From an uncultured Sphingorhabdus sp. (GTDB lineage: Bacteria > Pseudomonadota > Alphaproteobacteria > Sphingomonadales > Sphingomonadaceae), in contig CANMXN010000003.1 in NCBI GenBank assembly GCA_947501885.1, positions 54,946-118,945 of the forward strand: a stretch of 64,000 nt of DNA. Reading direction: 5' to 3'. Position 1 is the first letter of the stretch; each line of letters starts with the position of its first letter. The translations under genes were made by a program, and so were the position numbers. Under the pieces are notes generated by a model. That model searched no databases. It had not been told where the DNA came from and worked only from the letters and a program-made list of their open reading frames with translations. Shown here piece after piece: positions 20,237-30,486 of this stretch.

Positions 20237-20956
20237 TTATAAATCAATGTTTTCACACAATATCGTGCCCGATCCTATTGATTTAATGATACAGTTGCCT
20301 TTGCCTAATATTTCGATGCGACCCGTTCCATTATTGGTTATATTTGCTCTATCTGTGACAGTAATGATACTGTTTGCAGGACCTTGATGCGTGATATTCA
20401 ATATTTTCGTAATTAGGCTTTTGGCATTTACTGTGCCTGGACCATTAATCTCAAGGCTAGTCTTTTGCGCATTACCACTACCAATATTCACACTTCCTCC
20501 TCCACTGATACTCATATTTAATGAGCCTATATCAGCTTTATTGAGGTTGATTACCCCAGACCCTAATATTATATATTTGCTCGCTTTGCTTTTAACCTTG
20601 TCGATTGTAACAACGCTATTTCCGTTGATGAAAATATTCTGTAAAGTTCTGGCCCCTATAAAAATTTTTAACGGTGGTTCGCGCACGTCTTTGGTACGCT
20701 TAGGGCTAATTGATTTCTGAGACTGTATCTTTAATGTCCGACCATTTCGGGTAAAGATAATATTATTTAATTGTTTTTTAGAGCCTATGGCAGAAGCCTT
20801 TGGACCAGTGCTAGTGGTGATAGTGATGTCAAGATTGCCTTCTATACGAATATGGTCAAAACTTCCTATTGGAAAGTTGCGTTCGGCAGCATGTGCATTA
20901 TGGATAGAAAAAGAACAAAGTAACAATAGTATCAATAGTTTAATAGTCTTAACCAT
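20237..20956 (-). CDS. Head GIN / DUF2807 domain secreted protein
   Basis: Signal peptide, FDHIRIEG, repeated I.G.G.V beta-solenoid turns; start placed at ATG 20956. Confidence 0.75.
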   Translation of the reverse strand: MVKTIKLLILLLLCSFSIHNAHAAERNFPIGSFDHIRIEGNLDITITTSTGPKASAIGSKKQLNNIIFTRNGRTLKIQSQKSISPKRTKDVREPPLKIFIGARTLQNIFINGNSVVTIDKVKSKASKYIILGSGVINLNKADIGSLNMSISGGGSVNIGSGNAQKTSLEINGPGTVNAKSLITKILNITHQGPANSIITVTDRANITNNGTGRIEILGKGNCIIKSIGSGTILCENIDL

Positions 20957-21064
20957 TTTAATATCTTTCAAACATAGGCAAATATGGCCCATTAATTGGG
21001 TAACCAATAACAAGCTAAGATGAATATAATGGTAATGATGGTTACATATAGCGACCAGACATAA

Positions 21065-21090
21065 AAAGAGCGCCTATAGAGACGCTCTTT
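21065..21090 (-). terminator. Intrinsic terminator after carD
   Basis: AAAGAGCG-10nt-CGCTCTTT with A/T runs on both sides. Confidence 0.65.
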
Positions 21091-21117
21091 GTTCATTTTT
21101 TTGATAGCCCACTTAAA

Positions 21118-21642
21118 TTATTCAGCTTGTTCATAATATTGAGGCGCTGCAATATTTAATATCTCTAATATTTTTTCAAGAGCTGCAGGTTCATCTGTCT
21201 TTTCCATAGCAGCCAATTCACGGGCAAGGCGACTAGATGCCGCTTCAAAAATTTGACGTTCTGAATAGCTCTGTTCGGGTTGATCGGCTGGCCGAAAGAG
21301 ATCGCGTGTTACTTCTGCGATTGCCACCAAATCTCCGCTGTTGATCTTGGCTTCATATTCTTGGGCGCGGCGTGACCACATAGTGCGCTTAACGCGTGGC
21401 TTGCCTTTTAGAGTATGCATTGCCTCTTTTAGAGTTTTATCGGAAGATAGTTTTCGCATACCAACGCCCTCGGCTTTGTTGAATGGTACACGCAATGTCA
21501 TCTTTTCTTTTTCAAATCGCAGAACATATAGTTCAAGCTGCATTCCAGCGATTTCTTCATTTTGTAATTCGATTACACGGCCAACACCATGCTTTGGATA
21601 AACTACATAATCGCCTACATCAAAAATTGCTGTTGAAGTCAT
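21118..21642 (-). CDS. carD: CarD/CdnL RNA-polymerase-binding factor
   Basis: FDVGDYVVYPKHGVG, MWSRRAQEYEAKI, QSYSERQIFE. Confidence 0.95.
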   Translation of the reverse strand: MTSTAIFDVGDYVVYPKHGVGRVIELQNEEIAGMQLELYVLRFEKEKMTLRVPFNKAEGVGMRKLSSDKTLKEAMHTLKGKPRVKRTMWSRRAQEYEAKINSGDLVAIAEVTRDLFRPADQPEQSYSERQIFEAASSRLARELAAMEKTDEPAALEKILEILNIAAPQYYEQAE

Positions 21643-21877
21643 GGATGACTCCTTTCTACTCTATTATTATTTGGGGAAACTTTAATAATCTGATTATATC
21701 ATCAGCGAATTATAAATGATAATATATCGATATTATCACCAAAATTTGACCTTTTGCTCATAAGGGCTTTCTATACTAGATTTACTGAATTTTGATGCAT
21801 TATAACAGATTCGCTGTCATTAGACAATGCCTTGTAAGAAATTGATATCATGTGTTATTTATGTTCTGCAGGTAGAG

Positions 21878-22402
21878 TTAACTGGTGCTGCCGCTAATAT
21901 TGCGAATGGCATTATTATCCTCTGCCACTTCTGCATCATCCTTACTGTCGATCCAACATAAATCTTCCCATGTTAATATTCTGTCATCATGGCTACGGAT
22001 AGTCACGGGTTTAATTGGTTTTTTGTCTCTTTGGTCTGATAAGACAGGTGTTGATGGGATGCCCGTCGCCCATTTCTCCCCCCATTGACGCAGGCCGATC
22101 ATAACTGGCAATAGATCTAAACCTTTTTGTGTAAGGCGATATTCGACTTTACGCCGATCATCGGGGCAAGGTGTTCGAACCAACACTCCACCTTCTGTGA
22201 GGCGCGCCAAACGATTAGCAAGGATATTCCGTGCTAGGCCTATTTTGTTTAAAAAACCTTCAAAGTGTCTGACATCATCAAATGCTGATCGCAATATCAT
22301 GAAAGACCATTTTTCACCCATCAGACTTAAAGCATGTGGTAATGCGCAATCACCTTCTTTAGATGCTGTGCTGTTTAAAATATCATGTTTCATTTTCACC
22401 AT
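21878..22402 (-). CDS. HxlR-family winged-helix regulator
   Basis: CALPHALSLMGEKWS, RHFE, RKVEYRLTQKG, LRQWGE. Confidence 0.9.
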   Translation of the reverse strand: MVKMKHDILNSTASKEGDCALPHALSLMGEKWSFMILRSAFDDVRHFEGFLNKIGLARNILANRLARLTEGGVLVRTPCPDDRRKVEYRLTQKGLDLLPVMIGLRQWGEKWATGIPSTPVLSDQRDKKPIKPVTIRSHDDRILTWEDLCWIDSKDDAEVAEDNNAIRNISGSTS

Positions 22403-22444
22403 AGTGACACTTAACGCCTATTTATCAAAAAAATCAAAAAAAAT

Positions 22445-22474
22445 TTAAGTTTTTAGTTGCAACTTAAAACTTAA
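22445..22474. promoter_or_regulatory. 30-bp near-perfect palindrome; probable operator of the HxlR regulator
   Basis: TTAAGTTTTTAGTTGCAACTTAAAACTTAA has one mismatched pair and lies between divergent genes. Confidence 0.6.
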
Positions 22475-22584
22475 TATTATAAGTATTGATTCGCAACTGA
22501 TTGCTAACACCATTTAGTTGCATCTCTCTCTTATGGCAAGCATGCCATGAATTTAAATATGAATATCTCTTAAAGGAAATATCA

Positions 22585-22920
22585 ATGACTCTCTCTCAAA
22601 ATTTAGTCCGCGGCTTATCATTTTTTGCAGCAGTAAACTTGGCCCTTATTGCAACTGTGGTTGCGCCTTCGGCCGAAGCAGCGAAATCAGTGCGCTATTA
22701 TAAAGTAGAATTGAATGAAACCGCTAAGAAGGACAAAAAAATCATTCGCGGTACTATGATCCGTTGTAACGACACATCATGTCGCGGAAAAAAAACAGGT
22801 GCTGCGAATAGCAGTATGTGTGCGAAAATTGCTCAAACATTTGGGCCTGTAAAATCATTTACTATTGGCGATAAGACTTTGGATGAAGAAGCTATCACCA
22901 AATGTAATCGTAAAGCATGA
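22585..22920 (+). CDS. Small secreted 4-Cys protein, CC_3452-like
   Basis: Signal peptide, YYKVEL...IRG...C..TSC...MCAK...FGPV..F...KCN; ATG 22585 after AAAGGA. Confidence 0.65.
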   Translation: MTLSQNLVRGLSFFAAVNLALIATVVAPSAEAAKSVRYYKVELNETAKKDKKIIRGTMIRCNDTSCRGKKTGAANSSMCAKIAQTFGPVKSFTIGDKTLDEEAITKCNRKA

Positions 22921-23069
22921 TCTATATTTTACGATGTAAGATAAATATATTAGGGCTAACCATACTCTTCTAATCAATATTAGTCCTTATACCTTGCGCT
23001 AGCCTATATCAAAAAAGATATAATCTAGCGCATTTTTTTGTTGCATCTTGCTGTACTTCATTCAAGCAT

Positions 23070-25163
23070 ATGAAAATGCTTAGACAGTATGAATTGGTAG
23101 AGCGTGTTAAGGAATATGCGCCTGATGTAGATGAAGATAGGCTCAATCGCGCCTATGTGTTTACTGTGCAAAAACATGGTTCTCAAAAACGTGCAAGCGG
23201 CGATCCTTATTTTAGTCATCCGATCGAAGTTGCCGGTTTGATGACCGATTTAAAATTAGATGAAGAAACGATCATCACAGCTTTATTACACGACACTGTC
23301 GAAGATACATTAGTGACGATTGAGGAAGTTGAGAATAAATTTGGTAAGAATGTTGCGAGACTAGTTGATGGCGTAACAAAATTATCGAAAATAGAAGCAC
23401 AGACTGAAGATGAACGAGCGGCAGAGAATTTACGCAAATTCTTGTTGGCAATTTCGGATGACCTTAGAGTTTTGTTGGTAAAGCTAGCGGATCGTTTGCA
23501 CAATATGCGAACGCTTCATTATATTCCTAAAGCCGAAAAACGGCGGCGTATCGCTAAGGAAACAATGGATATATACGCACCACTTGCTGAGCGTGTGGGC
23601 ATGTATGAATATATGCGTGAAATGCAACTATTGTCTTTTGAACAATTAGAACCCAGTGCCTATAAAACTATTACAAAGCGGTTAGAACAAATCCGCGGTG
23701 ATGAGGTTGGCGAGGTTACAAAAATATCCGAATATATTACAGAGGAAATGGCAAAAGGTGGTTTAGCGGTAGAGGTCTCTGGCCGAGAAAAACATCCCTA
23801 TTCTATTTGGCGTAAGATGGAAGAACGCCATATTGCCTTTGAACAATTAACTGACATTAATGCTTTTCGTATCATTACAGAAACCGAGGAAGACTGTTAT
23901 AAAGCGCTGGGTTTACTGCATAAAAAATGGAAAATGGTGCCAGGGCGTTTTAAAGATTATATTTCAACGCCCAAACGTAATGGTTATAAATCTCTACATA
24001 CTACCATAATGTATGCCGACACTATGCGCGTCGAGGTGCAAATCAGAAGCGCTGATATGCATCGTTCTTCTGAATTTGGATTGGCGGCGCATTGGGGATA
24101 TAAGCAGCAAGAGCAACCAGATGGCAAAGCAGGTTGGATTAGGGATTTAATAGAGATATTAGACACCAGCTATGATGCGGAAGATTTTTTAGAAAATACA
24201 CGTATGGCCATGTATCAAGACAGGCTATTTGCATTTTCGCCCAAAGGTGCTTTGTATCAGCTTCCAAAGGGGGCCACCGCGATTGATTTTGCTTTTGCCG
24301 TTCATACTGACCTTGGTTGCAAGACAGTAGGTGCGAAAGTGAATGGTCGTCATGTGCCATTGCGCACAACATTATCAAATGGTGATATGGTAGAAGTCCT
24401 TATTTCTGATGGCCAAGAACCGCAACCCAATTGGCTGAATTTTGCTGTTACAGGTAAAGCGAGAGCATCGATTAGGCGCTTTGTAAACAAAAGGGAAAAA
24501 AGTGAATTAATCGCTATGGGGCGGAAAATTTTTGAAGATATTATTAGCCGTGTCCCTGAAACTATCGGGGCTAAGGCAATTAAAGGAGCGATAACAAGGC
24601 TTAACCTTCATAGTGAAGAAGATATGATGTATAAAGTAGGGGCTGGCACGTTGAAGGATAGAGACCTAATTTCTGCTTTGGCTCCTGATTTATCTGAGAC
24701 ATTTGATATGGGCAATTGGCAAGCTGGAGACAATATAGTGTCTATACGTGGTCTTACCTCTGGTTTATCCTATAATTTAGGGGAGTGTTGCCACCCAGTA
24801 CCAGGAGACCGCATTGTTGGCCTTCGCATAGAAAATCAACCCGTTGAGGTGCATACTATTGATTGCCATGAATTGGTTGATGGTGTTGATAATGATTGGA
24901 TTGATTTGTCCTGGGGTGATGAGAGCGAGGGCGGAGCCGCAAAAATTAGAGCTGTTATATATAATCGCCCTGGCATGCTAGCCGAAGTAGCCAATATATT
25001 TGGGTATCAACGTGCTAATATGATGAACTTGCGCCTAACAGCGCGTGATGCAGAGTTTCATACCTTTGAAATTGATGCAGAGGTACATAATAAGCAGCAT
25101 CTTATGAAAATAATATCGTCTCTTCGAGCATCGGATTCTGTTGCTGAAGTTGAAAGAGTATAG
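23070..25163 (+). CDS. spoT: Bifunctional (p)ppGpp synthetase/hydrolase (RSH)
   Basis: RASGDPYFSHP, LHDTVED, KLADRLHNMRTL, GREKH, YKSLHT, TGS and ACT domains. Confidence 0.95.
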   Translation: MKMLRQYELVERVKEYAPDVDEDRLNRAYVFTVQKHGSQKRASGDPYFSHPIEVAGLMTDLKLDEETIITALLHDTVEDTLVTIEEVENKFGKNVARLVDGVTKLSKIEAQTEDERAAENLRKFLLAISDDLRVLLVKLADRLHNMRTLHYIPKAEKRRRIAKETMDIYAPLAERVGMYEYMREMQLLSFEQLEPSAYKTITKRLEQIRGDEVGEVTKISEYITEEMAKGGLAVEVSGREKHPYSIWRKMEERHIAFEQLTDINAFRIITETEEDCYKALGLLHKKWKMVPGRFKDYISTPKRNGYKSLHTTIMYADTMRVEVQIRSADMHRSSEFGLAAHWGYKQQEQPDGKAGWIRDLIEILDTSYDAEDFLENTRMAMYQDRLFAFSPKGALYQLPKGATAIDFAFAVHTDLGCKTVGAKVNGRHVPLRTTLSNGDMVEVLISDGQEPQPNWLNFAVTGKARASIRRFVNKREKSELIAMGRKIFEDIISRVPETIGAKAIKGAITRLNLHSEEDMMYKVGAGTLKDRDLISALAPDLSETFDMGNWQAGDNIVSIRGLTSGLSYNLGECCHPVPGDRIVGLRIENQPVEVHTIDCHELVDGVDNDWIDLSWGDESEGGAAKIRAVIYNRPGMLAEVANIFGYQRANMMNLRLTARDAEFHTFEIDAEVHNKQHLMKIISSLRASDSVAEVERV

Positions 25164-25183
25164 CTAGCTCTATAAGATTGTAA

Positions 25184-25720
25184 TCATATATCCCAATCGA
25201 TAATGTCGTCGCTATCAGCATTAACGAATTTTTGTGCTATCTTGATGTCATGGCCGGCACGCAGAAAAGCAGCGAGTTGTTTTTGCTTTTTGTCGCGTGA
25301 GGCTGCTTCCTTGGCATAGGGACCTATATGCTTTTTTCGTGCAAAATTATCAGCAGCTATTAGGCGGCTTTCTTCTATAATAGCCATAGCCTCAACTTGG
25401 TCTTCACTTTCTATCCCACCAGCGAATATTTCTTGTTCAAGGCGTTTAAGTCCATATCCCCTACTAACAAGTGACCTTGCCTTAGATGCTGCAAACCCAG
25501 CATCATCAATATATCCTAATTCTGAAAATTCATCAGCGAGTGCATCGATTTGAGGAGGCTCGCTATCATCCCATCCTTTTTCTCTGACTTTACGCGCTAA
25601 ATATTGTTTTAGTTTTTTACGGCTGGTTGCGTATTTCCCGACATAAAATAACGCCAGAGACCGCAATTTTGAGGAATTTAGAGGTATAATGGTGTTTTTT
25701 TGCGAGTATTTTTTGTTCAT
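25184..25720 (-). CDS. recX: RecX-family regulatory protein
   Basis: LALFYVGKYATS..KL..YL, GYIDDAGFA, GYG..R, AFLRAGH. Confidence 0.75.
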   Translation of the reverse strand: MNKKYSQKNTIIPLNSSKLRSLALFYVGKYATSRKKLKQYLARKVREKGWDDSEPPQIDALADEFSELGYIDDAGFAASKARSLVSRGYGLKRLEQEIFAGGIESEDQVEAMAIIEESRLIAADNFARKKHIGPYAKEAASRDKKQKQLAAFLRAGHDIKIAQKFVNADSDDIIDWDI

Positions 25721-25904
25721 GCCATTTTTGTGCCACAGTCCAGCCGAATTTATAACCGTAATGCGCCATAAAAGTGAAATAAATTATATAGATATTTGAC
25801 AAGCACCACATCTTGTGGCGTTAAGGGTTAATGATCTACAGGTTTTTTGCTAATATTGTAGAAATAGAATTGGTATTAAACCATTGATATGTTAAGGTAA
25901 AAAG

Positions 25905-27635
25905 ATGACTGAACTGACACCTACAGCCACATTTGATCCAACCACTCCCCGCATAATGTCAGACTTTAACACTTTGGGGGATGCATTAGATTATGCTGCC
26001 CAAGGGATTAAGGGTCTGAACTTTCATGATATGCGTGGCAATCTATCGCAAGTTTATACATTTGCCCAATTACGCGATGATGCGGTAAAAATGGCGTATA
26101 GGTTAGTTAATGATGGTGTGAAACCAGGAGATAGAATTGCGCTTGTTGCTGAAACGGGTAGCGATTTTGCTGCATTATTCTTTGGTTGTGTTTATGCTGG
26201 GGCTTGGCCTGTGCCGCTGCCATTACCAACATCTTTTGGCGGGAAAGAATCCTATATTGATCAACTTTCCGTGCAATTACAAAGCTGTGATCCAGTTAAA
26301 CTATTCTATCCTCAAGAAATATCAGAAATGGCTGGACAAGCAGCGGACAAATGCAAAGTTGATGGGGTAGATTGGACACAATTTCTTGATTATAATGCAG
26401 ATGTAACGATCTTACCTACAGCGACTACTGAAGATATTTGTTATCTGCAATATAGCAGTGGTTCTACCCGTTTTCCTCATGGTGTAGCGGTTACTCACAA
26501 AGCATTATTAAATAATTTATCCGCCCATTCGCATGGTATGGAGCTTGTAGATAATGATCGCTGTGTATCTTGGCTTCCTTGGTATCATGATATGGGGCTG
26601 GTGGGTTGTTTCTTATCTATTGTGGCCAATCAAGTATCCACAGATTATATGAAAACCGAAGACTTTGCTCGCCGACCATTAGCATGGCTTGATATGATCA
26701 GCCGTGCAGATGGAACCGTGATTAGCTATTCACCTACTTTTGGTTATGATATTTGTGCACGGCGTATCAGCAGTCAAACCGATGTTGCATCGCGTTTTGA
26801 TCTGTCAAACTGGCGATTGGCTGGGAATGGTGCGGATATGATCCGACCAGATGTTATGCAAAATTTTGTTGATGCATTTTCTGATGCTGGTTTTGCCGCG
26901 TCAGCATTTTTACCAAGTTATGGCTTAGCCGAAGCCACTTTAGCTGTTTCTATCATGCCTCCAGCGGAGGGGATTGTGGTTGAATTGGTCGCTGAGACTG
27001 ATCTTTCTGGCGGGGACTCTTCTGATGATAAACCAACACGTTATCGTTCTATTGTGAATTGCGGTAAAGCTGTAAAAGACATGAAGATTGAAGCACGTGA
27101 CGATATGGGTAATTTGGTGCCCGATAAAATGATCGGTAGAATATGGTGTTCAGGGCCATCGATAATGGATAGCTATTTTCGTGATCCTGAAGCAACGGCG
27201 GCCTGTTTGGTTGATGGCTGGCTAGATACTGGCGATATGGGATATTTGTCTGATGGCTATGTTTATATTGTCGGCCGTGCCAAGGATATGATTATCATCA
27301 ATGGTAAAAATCATTGGCCCCAGGATATTGAATGGGCGGTAGAACAATTGCCTGGATTTAAATCTGGGGATATTGCTGCCTTTGCAATAACTACTGAAGG
27401 TGGTGAAGAAACACCTGCTGTTTTGGTACAATGCCGGACATCGGACGATAAAGAACGCGGTATATTGCGTGAAACAATTAAAGAAAAAGTTAGATCCATT
27501 ACAGGAATGCAATGTGTTGTAGAGTTGGTACCACCAAGAACATTGCCGCGCACAAGCTCAGGTAAATTGTCTCGTGCTAAAGCAAGAAACCTATATTTAT
27601 CAGGGGAAATACAACCTTATATGGTCGCTGCATAA
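25905..27635 (+). CDS. Fatty acyl-AMP ligase
   Basis: YLQYSSGSTRFP, WLPWYHDMGL, PSYGLAEATL, TGD, GRAKD, PRTSSGK; FAAL-type insertion before IVNCG. Confidence 0.9.
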   Translation: MTELTPTATFDPTTPRIMSDFNTLGDALDYAAQGIKGLNFHDMRGNLSQVYTFAQLRDDAVKMAYRLVNDGVKPGDRIALVAETGSDFAALFFGCVYAGAWPVPLPLPTSFGGKESYIDQLSVQLQSCDPVKLFYPQEISEMAGQAADKCKVDGVDWTQFLDYNADVTILPTATTEDICYLQYSSGSTRFPHGVAVTHKALLNNLSAHSHGMELVDNDRCVSWLPWYHDMGLVGCFLSIVANQVSTDYMKTEDFARRPLAWLDMISRADGTVISYSPTFGYDICARRISSQTDVASRFDLSNWRLAGNGADMIRPDVMQNFVDAFSDAGFAASAFLPSYGLAEATLAVSIMPPAEGIVVELVAETDLSGGDSSDDKPTRYRSIVNCGKAVKDMKIEARDDMGNLVPDKMIGRIWCSGPSIMDSYFRDPEATAACLVDGWLDTGDMGYLSDGYVYIVGRAKDMIIINGKNHWPQDIEWAVEQLPGFKSGDIAAFAITTEGGEETPAVLVQCRTSDDKERGILRETIKEKVRSITGMQCVVELVPPRTLPRTSSGKLSRAKARNLYLSGEIQPYMVAA

Positions 27636-27741
27636 TATATTGAAGCGCATAAAATACGCAAAAATAACCTACGCTTTAAAAAAATCATAATAATCTGATC
27701 TTGCTTACGAATTAGTAATAAAATTCGGCTATTCAGTTTTT

Positions 27742-30105
27742 GTGAAACAAGATGATCAAAATACCGAGTTGAAACAGAAAATTTCTTTTCTAGCACTATT
27801 GGGTCTAGAAAAGCCTCAAGGCGTTTCTATTGATGACCTATCTGCAATGCAGATGATGCGTAACAATTTGTCGCATCCTATGATTCATATAATAACTGGC
27901 ATAGCAGCAGCCGTTGCCATAATGATATTGATGCAAAATGTATCAATGATTGTTCTGGGTATATGGGCTGCATTATTTGTTGTCATGCAGTTTTCTATTT
28001 TTTTACAAGCTAGAAAATATCCAACTAATATTAGAAATCATGTAAGTTCTGAAAGACCAAAGAAATTAGTTTTAATGGCAGCTGTATCTGCTGTAATATG
28101 GGCTTTACCTTATGTAGCTATGTCTATTTGGGGTAGCCCAACAGATATTATGTCATTTAGCGCCATCCTATTGGTATTGATGATAGTATCACCACAAGCA
28201 TTACCGCTTTTCCCTTCTGCAAGTTTGGTATTCCAAATTGTTTTGGGAGTTGCCGCTGCGCTATCATTTGCTATTTCGGGTTCTTATATAATTGCTGCAT
28301 TTGTATTCGGTGTAACATTATTGATTAATATCAGTTCACTACGCAGTGCGCATGCTACAATTTTGTATGAATTGGCGTCTACCGTTCTACAGGAAAAATC
28401 AGAGACTGTAAGTTTATTGCTGCGTGAGTTTGAAGATAGTGGTGCTGATTGGCTCTGGCAAACAGACACTTCACGATGTGCAATGCACGTGTCTCCGCGC
28501 TTTGCATATGCTCTTGGCATTTCCCCAAACGAAGCCAATGGCCAACCTTTGTTAAAACTTATTGCTGGTGATGCATGGGAAACAGGCAAATATCCAACGA
28601 GTTTGCATGATTTAGCAGAGCGGTTGAAGCGCCGTGAACCGTTTAGTAATTTAATATTACCAGTAGAAATTAATGGTAAAAAACGGTGGTGGGAATTGTC
28701 TGCTTCTGCAAAAATGTCAGATACTGGAGCATTTTTAGGTTTCCGTGGAGTAGGTTCGGATGTTACCGAACAACGCGAGTCAGAACAGAAAATCTCTAAA
28801 TTGGCACGTTATGATACGTTAACCAATTTACCTAATCGTCTGCAACTTACCGAGTCTCTAGGTGAAGCGCTGAGTGATGCTGATAAATGGCGTCGCCGCT
28901 GCGCATTCCTAATGATTGATTTGGATAGGTTCAAGGCAGTGAATGATACATTGGGGCACCCAGTTGGTGATAGGTTGCTTGCTCAAGTATCAAAACGATT
29001 AAGCTATATTATGACTGATAATGAGCTTTGCGGGCGACTTGGCGGTGATGAATTTGCTATAGTTATTAAAGATGCGATTGATAGCAACTATATTGATAAG
29101 CTTGCAAAGAGGATTATTGAGGCAGTTTCTGAGCCATATGAGATTGATCAACATACGATATTCATAGGTGCTAGTATTGGAAGCGCCAGAGGCCCGGTTG
29201 ATGGTAGAACTGTTGAGTTATTGATGCGTAGCTCTGACTTGGCCCTATATAGATCAAAAGATGAAGGTGGTAATATTCATAGCACTTATCATCATAAATT
29301 ACATGCTAATGCTGAACAACGCCGAACAATGGAAATTGAATTGCGCAGAGCATTAGAACGTGAAGAGTTTCATGTTGAATATCAACCTTTGGTCAGCGCA
29401 TCTGCAGAACATACTCTCAATGGTTTTGAAGCGCTTATACGGTGGAATAATGCAAAATTAGGTTCGGTTTCACCTTTTAAATTTATCTCTGTTGCAGAAG
29501 ATGCTCGTCTCATTGTGCCTATTGGTAATTGGGTGTTGAGGCAGGCTTGCCGTGATGCAATGAAATGGCCTGGTACTACAAAAGTTGCTGTAAATATTTC
29601 TGTTGATCAATTGACAAGTACTGGCTTCATAGAGAGTGTAGCAAGTGCTTTAAAAGACAGTGGTCTGCCTTCTTGGCGTTTAGAGCTAGAAGTTACTGAA
29701 GGTATCTTCCTGCGAGATGGCGGAGCGGCTACTAAAATATTAGATCAAATTCGTGATATGGGTATTAAACTGTCGTTGGATGACTTCGGTACAGGATATT
29801 CTTCGCTCGGTTATTTGAAGAATAATCGCTTTGATACAATTAAAATTGATCGAAGCTTTGTGACGGGTGCAGCTCAGAATAAAGCCGAGAGCCTAGCTAT
29901 CATCCGCGCTGTAATAGCCTTAAGTGAAAGTTTGGGTATTGCTACAACAGCTGAGGGTGTTGAAACAGAGCATGAGCTGAATATGATTCAGCAGCTCGGT
30001 TGTACTAAAATCCAAGGCTATTATTTTGGTAGGCCTATGATCCATGCCGATACTATGCTTTTGTTCGAAGGTAATAGTATAAGCGATAATATGGACGCAG
30101 CTTAG
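27742..30105 (+). CDS. Membrane PAS-GGDEF-EAL c-di-GMP enzyme
   Basis: About 5 TM helices, DWLWQTD PAS start, RLGGDEF, EALIRW, LDDFGTGYSS, AEGVE. Confidence 0.92.
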   Translation: MKQDDQNTELKQKISFLALLGLEKPQGVSIDDLSAMQMMRNNLSHPMIHIITGIAAAVAIMILMQNVSMIVLGIWAALFVVMQFSIFLQARKYPTNIRNHVSSERPKKLVLMAAVSAVIWALPYVAMSIWGSPTDIMSFSAILLVLMIVSPQALPLFPSASLVFQIVLGVAAALSFAISGSYIIAAFVFGVTLLINISSLRSAHATILYELASTVLQEKSETVSLLLREFEDSGADWLWQTDTSRCAMHVSPRFAYALGISPNEANGQPLLKLIAGDAWETGKYPTSLHDLAERLKRREPFSNLILPVEINGKKRWWELSASAKMSDTGAFLGFRGVGSDVTEQRESEQKISKLARYDTLTNLPNRLQLTESLGEALSDADKWRRRCAFLMIDLDRFKAVNDTLGHPVGDRLLAQVSKRLSYIMTDNELCGRLGGDEFAIVIKDAIDSNYIDKLAKRIIEAVSEPYEIDQHTIFIGASIGSARGPVDGRTVELLMRSSDLALYRSKDEGGNIHSTYHHKLHANAEQRRTMEIELRRALEREEFHVEYQPLVSASAEHTLNGFEALIRWNNAKLGSVSPFKFISVAEDARLIVPIGNWVLRQACRDAMKWPGTTKVAVNISVDQLTSTGFIESVASALKDSGLPSWRLELEVTEGIFLRDGGAATKILDQIRDMGIKLSLDDFGTGYSSLGYLKNNRFDTIKIDRSFVTGAAQNKAESLAIIRAVIALSESLGIATTAEGVETEHELNMIQQLGCTKIQGYYFGRPMIHADTMLLFEGNSISDNMDAA

Positions 30106-30125
30106 AATATTTACCCAAAAGCTGA

Positions 30126-30476
30126 CTATAGAATTTCGTACACTGTCTCTTGAGGGCGGCACAGGCGAACGCCTTTATCAGTCTCTACTATGGGCCTATT
30201 TACAAGCATAGAGTCTTGGCTCATTGCTTTTAAAATTGTTTCATCAGTTACATTATCATTTGTTAGACCCAATTCTTCTGCTTTTGAGCCGCGCACACGC
30301 AATGCTTCTTTCGCTGAAATACCAGCGTCCTTAAATAATTGTTCTAATTTTCCTAGTGTATATGGGACTTTTAGATATTCGATAACTTCTAAATCCACAT
30401 TTGCTGTGTCTTCTAATATTGCTAATGTTTTACGCGATGTGCCACATTTTGGGTTATGCCAAATGGTTGCTTTCAT
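30126..30476 (-). CDS. ArsC-family (arsenate-reductase-like) protein
   Basis: WHNPKCGTSRK, NRPIV, LCRP motifs. Confidence 0.85.
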   Translation of the reverse strand: MKATIWHNPKCGTSRKTLAILEDTANVDLEVIEYLKVPYTLGKLEQLFKDAGISAKEALRVRGSKAEELGLTNDNVTDETILKAMSQDSMLVNRPIVETDKGVRLCRPQETVYEIL

Positions 30477-30486
30477 CTTTTTCCTC

